A DNA stretch of 60,998 nucleotides, filler included. It is 3 parts of 3 records of this genome, joined end to end, with 100 filler letters (N's around TTAATTAATTAA, not from the genome) between each part and the next. Parts side by side here need not be neighbours in the genome. Positions count along the whole stretch, not along the records: positions 23,557 to 49,174 come from DRR723986_8172; 2 more parts are not named here. One strand, written 5' to 3'. Shown here piece by piece: positions 29,103 through 38,962 of this stretch. The notes below the pieces were generated by a model that saw only the letters and a list, made by a program, of their open reading frames with translations, was not told the origin of the DNA and ran no database searches. Position 1 is the stretch's first letter; each line of letters starts with the position of its first letter. The translations under genes were made by a program, and so were the position numbers.

Positions 29103-29876
29103 ATGCCAAAAATCACAGCAACTTTTCTAGGAACTGGCACTTCTCAAGGAGTACCTGTTATTGCTTGTGAATGTAGGGTTTGTACCTCCATCAATCCTAA
29201 AAACAACCGCTTACGATCATCACTATTAGTGAATGTAGATGGAAAAAATTTTGTTATCGATACCGGGCCAGATTTCAGACAGCAAATGCTGGTGAATGAT
29301 GTCAAAATGATTGAAGCAGTATTTTTCACCCATGAGCATAAAGATCATATTGCTGGCTTAGATGATGTTAGGGCCTTTAATTATCGTTCTAAAAAAGACA
29401 TGGAAGTTTATGCTACTCTTCAGGTGCAAGAAGCATTGAAGCGAGATTTTTATTACGCATTTACTGAATACAAATACCCTGGAGTTCCGCAAATCAATCT
29501 CAATTTATTGACAGACGACCCAATCGCATTTAATGGCGAGCAAATCATTCCCATTAATGTGATGCATTACAAAATGCCCGTCAAAGCATTTAGAATTGGA
29601 GGATTAACTTATATCACTGACGCAAATTTTATAGAGGATAAAGAAGTTGCCAAAATAGAAGGCACTGAGGTCTTGGTGTTGAATGCCTTAAGACGTGAAC
29701 CGCATATTTCTCATTTTACACTAGAAGAAGCCTTAGCTTTTATTGAACAAATTCAACCAAAACGGGCCTATTTGACGCATATCAGTCATTTATTAGGAGA
29801 TCACCATCAAGTTTCAAATGAGCTGCCTGAAAATGTATTTCTGGCATATGATGGCTTAGAAATAGAATTGTCATGA
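29103..29876 (+). CDS. MBL-fold metallo-hydrolase (PhnP-like phosphodiesterase)
   Basis: FLGTGTSQGVPVIACEC, IDTGPDFRQQ, THEHKDHIAGLDD, THISH, AYDG. Confidence 0.92.
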   Translation: MPKITATFLGTGTSQGVPVIACECRVCTSINPKNNRLRSSLLVNVDGKNFVIDTGPDFRQQMLVNDVKMIEAVFFTHEHKDHIAGLDDVRAFNYRSKKDMEVYATLQVQEALKRDFYYAFTEYKYPGVPQINLNLLTDDPIAFNGEQIIPINVMHYKMPVKAFRIGGLTYITDANFIEDKEVAKIEGTEVLVLNALRREPHISHFTLEEALAFIEQIQPKRAYLTHISHLLGDHHQVSNELPENVFLAYDGLEIELS

Positions 29877-30619
29877 GATTAAAAGCGCGCTTTGGAATTC
29901 TGGTTGGCCTATTTTTAGTGAGTTTTTTATCATGGATGATTTTCAATAATTATCAAAAAATCAATTCAGAATATAATTCCTTCGGCAGTAATATACCACA
30001 ATCTTATCCGGTTTTAGGAATTGATGTGTCGCATTATCAAGGTAAAATAAATTGGAGGCAAGTGGCAGCCATTGCCCATAACGAAGATTCTATTCAATTT
30101 GCTTTTGTCAAGGCCACCGAGGGGATTTCTGTCAAGGATGCCGACTATGCTTTTAATGTGCAAGAGGCCGATAAAAACAATATTTTAGTAGGTGCATATC
30201 ACTATTTTATTTTCAGTGAATCATGCATTACACAAGCCGATTTTTTTGTAGATAATATCGTTAAAAGCCCCTATACATTGAGGCCGGTTATTGATGTTGA
30301 GGATAATTCAGATTTAAGTTCGCAGGCCATTATTGATTCTGTACTTAAATTCATGAACAGGGTAGAGGAACGCTTGCAAGAACGCCCGATAATTTATACC
30401 TATTCCAATTTTTATCACAGTCATTTTATCAATTCAGATATTGCAAAAACAGAACAGTTTTGGATTGCGAGATATGGAAATGACTGTCCTTTAATGCAGA
30501 ACGAACAAGTGCTGTGTTGGCAATTTTCAGAAAGTGGAACCGTTGATGGGATTGACGAACGGGTAGATTTAAATATCGCCAAAAAAGATTTTCTTAAAAA
30601 AGTTAGGGCAAAAAAATGA
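29873..30619 (+). CDS. Glycoside hydrolase family 25 lysozyme
   Basis: GIDVSHYQG, FVKATEG, GAYHYF, DVE, WQFS, VDLN. Confidence 0.93.
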   Translation: MRLKARFGILVGLFLVSFLSWMIFNNYQKINSEYNSFGSNIPQSYPVLGIDVSHYQGKINWRQVAAIAHNEDSIQFAFVKATEGISVKDADYAFNVQEADKNNILVGAYHYFIFSESCITQADFFVDNIVKSPYTLRPVIDVEDNSDLSSQAIIDSVLKFMNRVEERLQERPIIYTYSNFYHSHFINSDIAKTEQFWIARYGNDCPLMQNEQVLCWQFSESGTVDGIDERVDLNIAKKDFLKKVRAKK

Positions 30620-30711
30620 GCAGGCTTCTTAAATTTCTTGTAGAGCTTTTCATTTAACCCAAAACTTATGAAAAAGTAATACTTCTACTATCAATCAAGA
30701 AAACCTGCTCA
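30610..30711 (-). ncRNA. Candidate structured small RNA or long terminator hairpin
   Basis: Nested stems TGAGCAGG/CCTGCTCA, TTCTT/AAGAA, GTAGA/TCTAC, TTTTCAT/ATGAAAA, followed by U7 on the - strand. Confidence 0.4.
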
Positions 30712-30764
30712 AACTTTTCAATCGTTTAGACGATTAAATAATGTTTTGCTTACATAAAGTTAAC

Positions 30765-31499
30765 TCATTCATTTAAATTCCAATCATAATCTACATAAGA
30801 AATTTTAGTTTTTTCTGAAATTTTAACATCAGAATACGTGTTAATGAACTTAATTACAGTGTTTTCGCCCTTTGAGAAGTCACCTCTGAACCAAGAAAAA
30901 ATTTTCGATAAGCGGGCGTTTTTAGCGGTTAATTGGTTTTTCGTTTTATCATTAATAAAGTTTTTTGCCTGATCATCTAATTGCTCGTCCAGTCTGTCTG
31001 CCGTGTAAGCTTCATTTCTCAATGCCGGACAAGATACTGAAGCACAATTCACAGCAAAATGTATGCGCGGTTCTTCAAAATCTTTACGGATAATTCCATG
31101 TTCTAAATTGTTCAAATCGTAGGTTTCTTCACCTATCTTGATAAACTTAATGTCCCAAGGTGTATTCACTTTATAGATTGAACCTCCCAAGTCCTTTATG
31201 GTTTTTACAGGATAATTTTTAACAATCAGTTTAACCGTAAACGCATTATACGCGTTGATCCAAAATGCCAATTGCTCGTTTTTTGACCAATCATCTGTTG
31301 GATGATGAGCACTCAAAATTTTTAAGTATGCGTCCAGTTCATTTTCTTGGCTTTTTATTCCAGCGTAATTCACATGTCCTTCTTCATCTACATACTTAGA
31401 AAGTAGTGTTGTCCAAGAATTATGCGAAGGTGCCGCTGAACCATAAGAACATAAACTTGTTCCTAAGATTAGCAGAAATGATAAAAGTAATTTTTGCAT
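30765..31499 (-). CDS. DUF547 domain secreted protein
   Basis: LAFWINAYNA, EPRIHFAVNCASVSCP, YDWNLNE. Confidence 0.92.
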   Translation of the reverse strand: MQKLLLSFLLILGTSLCSYGSAAPSHNSWTTLLSKYVDEEGHVNYAGIKSQENELDAYLKILSAHHPTDDWSKNEQLAFWINAYNAFTVKLIVKNYPVKTIKDLGGSIYKVNTPWDIKFIKIGEETYDLNNLEHGIIRKDFEEPRIHFAVNCASVSCPALRNEAYTADRLDEQLDDQAKNFINDKTKNQLTAKNARLSKIFSWFRGDFSKGENTVIKFINTYSDVKISEKTKISYVDYDWNLNE

Positions 31500-31520
31500 A
31501 ATTCTTAATTTAGTTTTTCT

Positions 31521-32201
31521 ATGAAGATTTCCATTATCGTGCCAACATTAAACGAGTCCGCTTATATTGGTCGATTAATCTCACATCTTCTTGCAAAACA
31601 CCCTCAAAATAAGGAAATTATTATTGTTGATGGCGGCAGTACTGATGATACAATTGCCATTGCTAAGTCGTTTAATCTACAAGTTCAATCCTGTGAGACC
31701 TCAAGGGCAAAGCAACTCAACTTAGGCGCTTCATTAGCAGAACATCCTAATTTGTATTTTGTTCATGCAGATACGTTTCCTCCAATTGATTTTTACGAAG
31801 ATATTCAAGAAGCAATTGAAAAGGGGAAAGCTGCCATGTGTTATCGTAGCGAATTTGTTGATGGTCCCTGGTTGTTAAAATTGAATAGTTTTTTTACCCG
31901 CTTCAACTGGTTGGTTTCAAGGGGAGGAGATCAATCCTTATTCATCACGAAAACTAAATTCAATGAGCTTGGTGGGTTTATTGAAGACATGAAAGTGATG
32001 GAAGAATATCCACTCATCAAGACCTTGTTAGAGAGCTCAGCTATTTACTTGAATCCGAAGAAGATTAAAATATCCACCCGTAAGTACCAAAACAATAGTT
32101 GGTTGCGTGTTAGTCGAGCCAATTATATTGCTTTCAGAATGTATCAGAAGGGTGAAGACACTGCTAAGATTAAAGAACGCTATAACGCCTTATTAAAATA
32201 A
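31521..32201 (+). CDS. GT2 glycosyltransferase, TIGR04283-like
   Basis: ISIIVPTLNE, VDGGSTD, RAKQLNLGA, FVHADT, GGDQSLFI, MEEY, STRKY. Confidence 0.85.
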   Translation: MKISIIVPTLNESAYIGRLISHLLAKHPQNKEIIIVDGGSTDDTIAIAKSFNLQVQSCETSRAKQLNLGASLAEHPNLYFVHADTFPPIDFYEDIQEAIEKGKAAMCYRSEFVDGPWLLKLNSFFTRFNWLVSRGGDQSLFITKTKFNELGGFIEDMKVMEEYPLIKTLLESSAIYLNPKKIKISTRKYQNNSWLRVSRANYIAFRMYQKGEDTAKIKERYNALLK

Positions 32202-32231
32202 AAAAGCCGATCAAATTTGACCGGCTTTTTT
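32200..32231. terminator. Bidirectional intrinsic terminator
   Basis: AAAAAAGCCG..CGGCTTTTTT between convergent genes. Confidence 0.85.
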
Positions 32232-32232
32232 G

Positions 32233-33804
32233 TTAGTGATTGTGTCCTTCGTGGTTTCCTCCATCATTCGGGTCGTGACCACCATCTGGGTCATGTCCGT
32301 TTTCAGGATTCTCTTTTGGAAATAATTTTTCGTCATCTCCATGTCCCGTTAGGTTGTCTAAAATTTCTTCTAGCTGTCCAATTGACAATTGCTTGAACTT
32401 AATTTTCTTGTCTTTATCCAAAATAAAAATTCTCGGCGTTGAGTAGATATCATAGGTATCGGTATAATTCAAACTTTGAATTGTAGTGTGCTGCATTAGA
32501 GGTCTTGGATCTTCAAGCGCAGTATTGTAGATGTTCTTAGTTAATCCTACATTGATAAATGTCAATTCTTCATCAGCAATATATTTTTTCCAAGCTTCAA
32601 AATCTTTACCTGTAGCTTTACCAACAGCATAAATCTCTATATTTCTGTCTTTGAATTTTTTATCATAAAGTACTTGAAGTTTCGGTGTTGTCTTTTTACA
32701 GTGACCACAATTAGGATCCCAGAAGTAAAGTACCGTGTACTCTGCATCAATTTTGTAGCAGTTAATCCAATTCTTTTCAGTGGTATCAGTTAGAATTAAC
32801 ATAGGCGCAAATTCGTTAATCATGGTATTTCTAATTTTATCTGCACGCTCACAAAGCTTTGTCGTATTTTCTTCTGACATCCAATATGCTTCGTTTTTTT
32901 CACCGCAATAATAATTGTCAGCCATGTAAACAAAAACTCTGTCCATCCCCATAATTTTAGATGCTTCGTACTTTTGAGTGATGTGATGCACTGTGTACTG
33001 GAATACTTTGTTTTCTTGGTCAACAGCATCCATTTGATCAATCAATTTTTTGGCGTAAGTCGTAATGGTGTCAGGAATTTGAATGACCCCATTCTTACTA
33101 AAATATTTGTCTAACTTATTGTGGAATACAGGAGTTCTAACAATTGCCGGATCTTTCAACGGAATGTCATCCCAGAAATGCTCGATATAATAATTGTACA
33201 CAAAATTTGAGTCAGTAATCACACCATTTTCATCCTTTGGTGGATCTGGCAACTCAGCATCCATTGACATTCTTACCATTACACCAATGAATTTGTCTTT
33301 ATTTTCTTCAAACAACTTGCGTTGACCAGCGGTAATTTCTTTACCAATAGCACGGAGTTCTTCAAGTAGTTTTTCTTTCTCTTTCTCGTCTTTAGTTTCT
33401 TTGTATTTACCTTCGATTACTGTGCTTTTACGTTTTTTTTGAGTCATGAACATGATGTAATCATAAAACACCTTGTTGCTTGGTGATTTGTTCACTTTCA
33501 TAGTTCCAATCATATCTTTTGAATCACCTACATACATGTCTACAACTTCGTTGTCATGCACAAATTCAAAGTATTGACTTCCAGGTATAACTACAGCATA
33601 TAATCCTCTTTGGTGTTTGCTACCATCAAAAGTTGCAACACCCTTAACAGATTGTGCCGTGTCAGCATAATACAATTTAGGACCTAAATATTTAGCTAAA
33701 AATACAGTGGTATCTTTCATGCCTTCCACCTTGAATTTTAGGTTCTGTGCATTTGAACTCACTGCTGCGATCATTATTACGAGTAAAAAAATGACTTTTT
33801 TCAT
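32233..33804 (-). CDS. DUF5106-like/TlpA redoxin domain protein
   Basis: Signal peptide, HFWDDI, LYFWDPNCGHC, YDIYSTP. Confidence 0.85.
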   Translation of the reverse strand: MKKVIFLLVIMIAAVSSNAQNLKFKVEGMKDTTVFLAKYLGPKLYYADTAQSVKGVATFDGSKHQRGLYAVVIPGSQYFEFVHDNEVVDMYVGDSKDMIGTMKVNKSPSNKVFYDYIMFMTQKKRKSTVIEGKYKETKDEKEKEKLLEELRAIGKEITAGQRKLFEENKDKFIGVMVRMSMDAELPDPPKDENGVITDSNFVYNYYIEHFWDDIPLKDPAIVRTPVFHNKLDKYFSKNGVIQIPDTITTYAKKLIDQMDAVDQENKVFQYTVHHITQKYEASKIMGMDRVFVYMADNYYCGEKNEAYWMSEENTTKLCERADKIRNTMINEFAPMLILTDTTEKNWINCYKIDAEYTVLYFWDPNCGHCKKTTPKLQVLYDKKFKDRNIEIYAVGKATGKDFEAWKKYIADEELTFINVGLTKNIYNTALEDPRPLMQHTTIQSLNYTDTYDIYSTPRIFILDKDKKIKFKQLSIGQLEEILDNLTGHGDDEKLFPKENPENGHDPDGGHDPNDGGNHEGHNH

Positions 33805-33903
33805 AATGAATTGTTGTTCTTTAATTGGTATAAAATTAGGGATCTTTTCTGCTTAGACGAAGATAAAACTTCTTTTGTCATTAGTTTAACATTTTATTAA
33901 CGT

Positions 33904-35097
33904 TTATTGGATTTTTCCTAGATTCCTCACCGTTTTTCTAATGTTGAGTAGGTTTGATAAAATGAAAACTCCAAAGCAAAACAAGGCCAGTATTATTGTC
34001 GGAACTATACTAGATTCTTCTAAATGAATTCCATTTTTATCTAACCAAGTATTTACCACAAAAAGTTTAATCACTAACATGATGGTGATGGAGGCTGCAG
34101 TAATGAGTCCAAAAATCACGGTCATTTGTTTGATAAAGGTTTTAACAATGCTTTTTATAGGATATCCCAGGCGCAGTAACGTTTGTATTTCATAGGATGC
34201 CTTACTCAAAACTAATTGCGAATACTGTACGAAGCCCATTAATGACAACAGCATGATTAAAATAGCGGCAATTCCAAAAATTCCGATAATCACACCAATG
34301 ATGGTTTTAATCTTTGCAACATCAATGGCGGATTTGGCAATGTCTAAATTCATTTCATCCATTAATTCTTCTAGCTCGCCATAGCTGTCATCAACTGTGG
34401 TGATGAATATTCTGTTGGGCTGAATTCTATTTCCACTACCAAACTCCTCATTCGCACTGTCTAAGAACGATTTGGGAACCAAAATTGAACTGATTTTTTG
34501 AGAGAATCCCACAACACGGCCAATCTTCTTATCATTTTTTGATTCACCTTTAATGTGGATGGTTAATCGAGCAGCCATCAATAATTCTTCAGAAATTTGA
34601 TTGAAGCCTTGTGATTGAGCGATACCATAATTGATTATCATAATAAAGTCTCTAGGCAGCACAATTGGCACGAATTCACTGTCTTCATTCCATTCCCAAT
34701 TCACATCAAGATCTAAAAAACGATCTGGTATTGACTGAAAAAACATGTCTGCATAAAAGGGCGGTAAGCCATCTCCTTTCACTTCAGATAATGCAACCCT
34801 AAAATCAGCTGATTCAAATGGAGCAACATCTGTAATGAATTCTTTTTGTCTTAATCCTTCAATCTCTTCATCTGTAAAATCGGTATTGTTCATGCCGAGT
34901 GAGCTCAACTTCGTTACCTTTTTCTGTATCACTACAGAGTTTGGTCCAAATAAATCTTCTTCACCGCTATGAAACGATTGAACGTCCAGCGTCAATTGAA
35001 AGCTTAAGCATAGAGCTGTCAATCCTACCAATGCACCAAGAGTTGCAAAAATGAATTGAAAATTGGTACTATTTCTAAATAATATCTTCTTTAACAT
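33904..35097 (-). CDS. ABC transporter permease (FtsX-like)
   Basis: N-terminal TM, large periplasmic loop, three C-terminal TMs, EIQTLLRLGY; next to the ATPase gene. Confidence 0.75.
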   Translation of the reverse strand: MLKKILFRNSTNFQFIFATLGALVGLTALCLSFQLTLDVQSFHSGEEDLFGPNSVVIQKKVTKLSSLGMNNTDFTDEEIEGLRQKEFITDVAPFESADFRVALSEVKGDGLPPFYADMFFQSIPDRFLDLDVNWEWNEDSEFVPIVLPRDFIMIINYGIAQSQGFNQISEELLMAARLTIHIKGESKNDKKIGRVVGFSQKISSILVPKSFLDSANEEFGSGNRIQPNRIFITTVDDSYGELEELMDEMNLDIAKSAIDVAKIKTIIGVIIGIFGIAAILIMLLSLMGFVQYSQLVLSKASYEIQTLLRLGYPIKSIVKTFIKQMTVIFGLITAASITIMLVIKLFVVNTWLDKNGIHLEESSIVPTIILALFCFGVFILSNLLNIRKTVRNLGKIQ

Positions 35098-35100
35098 AGC

Positions 35101-35742
35101 TTACAGATTTAATTCTTGTTCGTACTGAAAACCATGGTAACTGCCCAGGGTAGTTAAAATGAATCCACCTTGGTTAGCATCTGTTTCTTTTGAAATGAGA
35201 TTTAAGGCAATACTGGCGTTTTGCTCATCTAAATGGCTAAATGGTTCATCCATTAACAACAATTCAAAAGGCTGAAGAAGCGCACGGATAATGGCTACTC
35301 GCTGTTGTTGACCCAATGAAAGGTTTTTACATAGTTGATTTTTTTTGTCTCCAATCCCTAATAATTCGAGCATTTCAAACATTTCTTCATCTGTTTTGTG
35401 CTGCTTTAACTCATTTTTTAATTGAAGATTCTCAAAAACGGTCAATTCTGGAAACAATTGAAGGTCTTGAAAAACTATGCTCATTTTTTCTTTTCTTAAT
35501 TCGATCCAATCATCCAAAGTAAAATCGGCAATGTTTTTTCCGTCTATTAATAGCTCACCTGAATAATCTTTTCGTAAGCCATAAATCATATTAACAAATG
35601 TTGATTTGCCTTTTCCGCTGCTTGCATTGAGCACGATCTTTTTAGGAAGATGTAATTCAAAATTGTTTTTCCAAACACTTTCGTTTCCATGCGGATACTC
35701 TTCTAAAGGAAAAGGTAATAGGTTGTTGAATGTAATGGTCAT
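35101..35742 (-). CDS. ABC transporter ATP-binding protein
   Basis: SSGKGKST, VFQ, LSLGQQQR, LLMDEPFSHLD. Confidence 0.92.
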   Translation of the reverse strand: MTITFNNLLPFPLEEYPHGNESVWKNNFELHLPKKIVLNASSGKGKSTFVNMIYGLRKDYSGELLIDGKNIADFTLDDWIELRKEKMSIVFQDLQLFPELTVFENLQLKNELKQHKTDEEMFEMLELLGIGDKKNQLCKNLSLGQQQRVAIIRALLQPFELLLMDEPFSHLDEQNASIALNLISKETDANQGGFILTTLGSYHGFQYEQELNL

Positions 35743-35814
35743 GGTTTATTAGTTTGGTATAGGTAAAACAAATTCTTTGCCAAGTTCCTAAAACGTTGAT
35801 TGGCTGGATGTTGG

Positions 35815-36261
35815 TTAGGCTTTTAACATTTCTGTATGTGGGATACCATCTTCAAGATATTCTTTTCCAGTTGAAACAAACCCATGTTTTTCATAAAAGT
35901 GTTTTAAATGAGTTTGAGCTGACAATCTGATGCGATTTGATTTTAATGTTGCAGCAATAAATTCAATGGCCTTTTCCATCATAAGGTGACCTATTTTTAG
36001 ATGTCTGAAATCTTCATGACTCACTACCCGTCCAATGGCGACTTCATCATAATAAACGCCAGCCTTGAGAATTCGCACTGTGCCTATTGTTTGATGGTTT
36101 TCGTTTAGCACTATTAAGTGATAGGCGTCTTTATCTAATCCATCCAAATCTTGATAAGGACAATCTTGTTCTACAACAAAAACTTGCATGCGAAGGGCGA
36201 CTAAATCATGAAATTCGTTTAACGTTAAATCATTAAAGTGTTTAATATTAGTTTTTAGCAT
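35815..36261 (-). CDS. ElaA-like GNAT acetyltransferase
   Basis: LRMQVFVVEQDCPYQDLD, IGRVV, LSAQTHL..FY, YLEDGIPH. Confidence 0.92.
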   Translation of the reverse strand: MLKTNIKHFNDLTLNEFHDLVALRMQVFVVEQDCPYQDLDGLDKDAYHLIVLNENHQTIGTVRILKAGVYYDEVAIGRVVSHEDFRHLKIGHLMMEKAIEFIAATLKSNRIRLSAQTHLKHFYEKHGFVSTGKEYLEDGIPHTEMLKA

Positions 36262-36354
36262 GCCGTTTATCCTTGTTTTGAACCAATATTAATCTATCAG
36301 TTTGATAGTTTAATTGGATTGTTTATATTCGGGTAAATTTAAAAACAATATAAT

Positions 36355-37080
36355 ATGAAGAAAATTTACACTTTAATTTTAGGAGTCGCAGTGGCTTCAT
36401 TCGCTCAAGCTCAAATTGACTTGACGGTAACTATGGACAACCATAATAATATGGATGCGACTAGTGACGATCCATTAAACATGGATTTTACAATTACTAA
36501 CAATGGTCAAGCATTAACTGATCAAGACACTATTTACTTTGGACTTAACATTGGTTCTCAGTACTACACGACAACTGGTTTAGTTGCAGGTTCTGTTTCA
36601 GGAGCTACAATTACTGGTGGTCTTGCAAACGGAGCATCTTTTCAAGTAGATGTAGATGATTTAGCAGGAACTTGGTTAACTACTGAATTAGGTGGTTCAA
36701 GTGGAGATGTAAGAGTTGCTTGTATCGGTGTTGGTGATTCAGTTTTAGGAGCACCTTTCAGTTCTGAGTCTATTGCAGATGCTGCTGATAATATCGAGTG
36801 GGTAACTTGGAGTGATGCATCAGGAATTAATGATATCAATCTTTCTGAGATTTCAGCATATCCTAATCCTGCGTCAACTCAAGTAAACATCAACTTAGGT
36901 AACAACCAAATCGATTTCATTAACATCCTTGATTTAACAGGGAAAGTTGTTGATAGAATTCAAGTTTCAAACGCTGTTGAAGTAGTTAACTTAGCGGAGT
37001 ATGAAAATGGAATTTATTTCTACCAAATTGTTAATGACGGTAAGGTATTAATTACTGAAAAAATCGTTGTTTCTAAATAA
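36355..37080 (+). CDS. T9SS type A sorting domain protein
   Basis: Signal peptide; CTD AYPNPAS..NGIYFYQI..EKIVVSK. Confidence 0.9.
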   Translation: MKKIYTLILGVAVASFAQAQIDLTVTMDNHNNMDATSDDPLNMDFTITNNGQALTDQDTIYFGLNIGSQYYTTTGLVAGSVSGATITGGLANGASFQVDVDDLAGTWLTTELGGSSGDVRVACIGVGDSVLGAPFSSESIADAADNIEWVTWSDASGINDINLSEISAYPNPASTQVNINLGNNQIDFINILDLTGKVVDRIQVSNAVEVVNLAEYENGIYFYQIVNDGKVLITEKIVVSK

Positions 37081-37098
37081 GAGATAATCTTTTTAAAT

Positions 37099-37132
37099 AA
37101 AACCCGCTATGAGAAATCATAGCGGGTTTTTT
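37099..37132 (+). terminator. Intrinsic terminator
   Basis: AAAACCCGCTATGA-GAAA-TCATAGCGGGTTTTTT. Confidence 0.9.
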
Positions 37133-37291
37133 GTTGCCATAAATTCAGCTGACTTAACTGATAACAATTCCGACTAGGGCTGGTTTGAATAAAAAGGTCT
37201 TTAAAGGCTGTTTAAGCAGAGATATTTGTATTTAAATGGTATGGTCGCAGAATTGAGTTCAATTCTTAAGAATGTCTTTGAATACGGGCAT

Positions 37292-37322
37292 AAAAAAACC
37301 GCTCTAGCAAGCTAGAGCGGTT
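37292..37322 (-). terminator. Intrinsic terminator
   Basis: CCGCTCTAGC/GCTAGAGCGG with A7 on the + strand. Confidence 0.85.
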
Positions 37323-37345
37323 CAGTATTGCTAATTGCAATTAAA

Positions 37346-38176
37346 TTATTTCTTTACGAAAGTATCTCTAGAGATTGATCCGTCAGCAGTAGTAAACTCA
37401 TAGAAATAAGTTCCTTCAGCTAAAGCAGAAACGTCAATTGTTCCAGTTGAAGCATTTACATACTCAGTAGAAATTAATTTTCCGTCTAATCCATAAACAG
37501 ATACAGTTTCAGCGTCTGCGTTTAATGTAAAGTTTAATACATCATTTGCAGGGTTAGGATAAACAGAAACTTCTAAGTTGTTTTCTTCAACTGAAGCATA
37601 TTGTCCATAAACTTCAACGTCATCAAAAATCAATACGAATTCGTCAGTACAGTTAAAGTGTCTGATAACAACATAAACACCTGTCATACCAGCCATTGAA
37701 GAAATATCAAAAGACTGAGTTTCCATTACTTCACCAGCAGTTAAAGTTCCTTCAAATACAGGAGTAGGGAAAGTACCAGTAGCTAAACCAGGTAAATCAG
37801 CAGTAGTTGCTACATAAACAGCATAGTGCTCTTCAAACCATCCTGAAGCAGTAGTTTCTGATGAACCACATCCCCAATCTAAAACAGCACCAGTAGCTCC
37901 TGTTAAATCAATAGCAGGTGAAACAAAAATGTTATCTGGAGTTAAAGCAGCTGCAGTTCCGTTATCGTAAGAATAAGAAACAGCACATCCACCTTGTGCA
38001 TTTTGAAGTGCGTTAGTAGATCCTGTAAAGTCAATTGCCGACCATTCGAATCCATCACCGTCATTATCATAAGATGTCCAAGCTGCGAATCCAGTTGAAT
38101 CGTTGCAAGAATAAACTTGCGCGTTAGCAGTAGCTAATGAAGCAACTGCAAATACAGATAGTAAAATTTTTTTCAT
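37346..38176 (-). CDS. T9SS cargo protein with a cleaved-adhesin (choice-of-anchor J-like) domain
   Basis: WTSYDNDGDG..W, LTPDNIFVSP, EHYAVYV, RHFNCTD, DDV; CTD VYPNPAND. Confidence 0.88.
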   Translation of the reverse strand: MKKILLSVFAVASLATANAQVYSCNDSTGFAAWTSYDNDGDGFEWSAIDFTGSTNALQNAQGGCAVSYSYDNGTAAALTPDNIFVSPAIDLTGATGAVLDWGCGSSETTASGWFEEHYAVYVATTADLPGLATGTFPTPVFEGTLTAGEVMETQSFDISSMAGMTGVYVVIRHFNCTDEFVLIFDDVEVYGQYASVEENNLEVSVYPNPANDVLNFTLNADAETVSVYGLDGKLISTEYVNASTGTIDVSALAEGTYFYEFTTADGSISRDTFVKK

Positions 38177-38283
38177 ATTATTTTTTTTAGTTACAGCTAC
38201 AAAAATAGAGATAAATCTGTAAAATTCATAACATTTAAGTAATCTAACTGTTATCTTTATTTAACATTAATTTGTGTATTGCT

Positions 38284-38934
38284 ATGTATGAAGGCGTTAT
38301 AAAATCCGTTCGAAAAATAATGGAAGAAAAATTCTCTGGTGAATCAACCGGGCATGACTGGTTCCATATTGAACGTGTTTGGCGAAATGCGAAATTGATA
38401 GCTCAAAATGAAGAGTGCGATTCTTTTATCGTAGAACTGGCGGCGCTATTACATGATATAGCCGATCATAAATTCGTGAAAAATGCTGATGAAGAAGCCG
38501 AAAAACGAATAAATCAGATATTGTTAGATTTAAATGTCGAGCATCACCAAATCAATCAGGTAATTGAAATCGTACAAAACTGTTCATTTAAAGGTGGAGT
38601 TTCTGAAAACAAGATTAACAGCATTGAAGGCTTTATAGTGCAAGATGCGGATCGTTTAGATGCGATTGGTGCAATTGGAGTTGCAAGAACATTTGCTTAC
38701 GGTGGTAAATTTGGGAATGAAATTTACAACCCCAATATCGAGCCTCAAAACTTCAAGTCTGAAGAAGAGTATCGGAATAGCAGAACCCACACCATCAACC
38801 ATTTTTATGAAAAATTGTTGAAACTGAAAGACGGAATGAATACTGAAACAGGGAAACGACTTGCCGAAGAAAGACACAATTTCATGTTGAAATTTTTAGA
38901 ACAATTTTACGCAGAATGGGAAGGAGCTTGTTAA
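38284..38934 (+). CDS. HD-domain phosphohydrolase
   Basis: GHDWFHIERV, ALLHDIAD, VQDADRLDAIGAIG, HFYEKLL. Confidence 0.92.
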   Translation: MYEGVIKSVRKIMEEKFSGESTGHDWFHIERVWRNAKLIAQNEECDSFIVELAALLHDIADHKFVKNADEEAEKRINQILLDLNVEHHQINQVIEIVQNCSFKGGVSENKINSIEGFIVQDADRLDAIGAIGVARTFAYGGKFGNEIYNPNIEPQNFKSEEEYRNSRTHTINHFYEKLLKLKDGMNTETGKRLAEERHNFMLKFLEQFYAEWEGAC

Positions 38935-38962
38935 GCAATTTGTAAGTTTGTAAAAACAAGGT

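Noticed and set aside
29873-30619. Prophage endolysin
   Set aside because: Membrane-anchored GH25 in a housekeeping operon with no holin or phage genes nearby.
35101-35742. Inactive ABC ATPase (Walker A reads ASSGKGKS)
   Set aside because: GKS, Q-loop, signature and Walker B DE are intact, so loss of activity is not supported.
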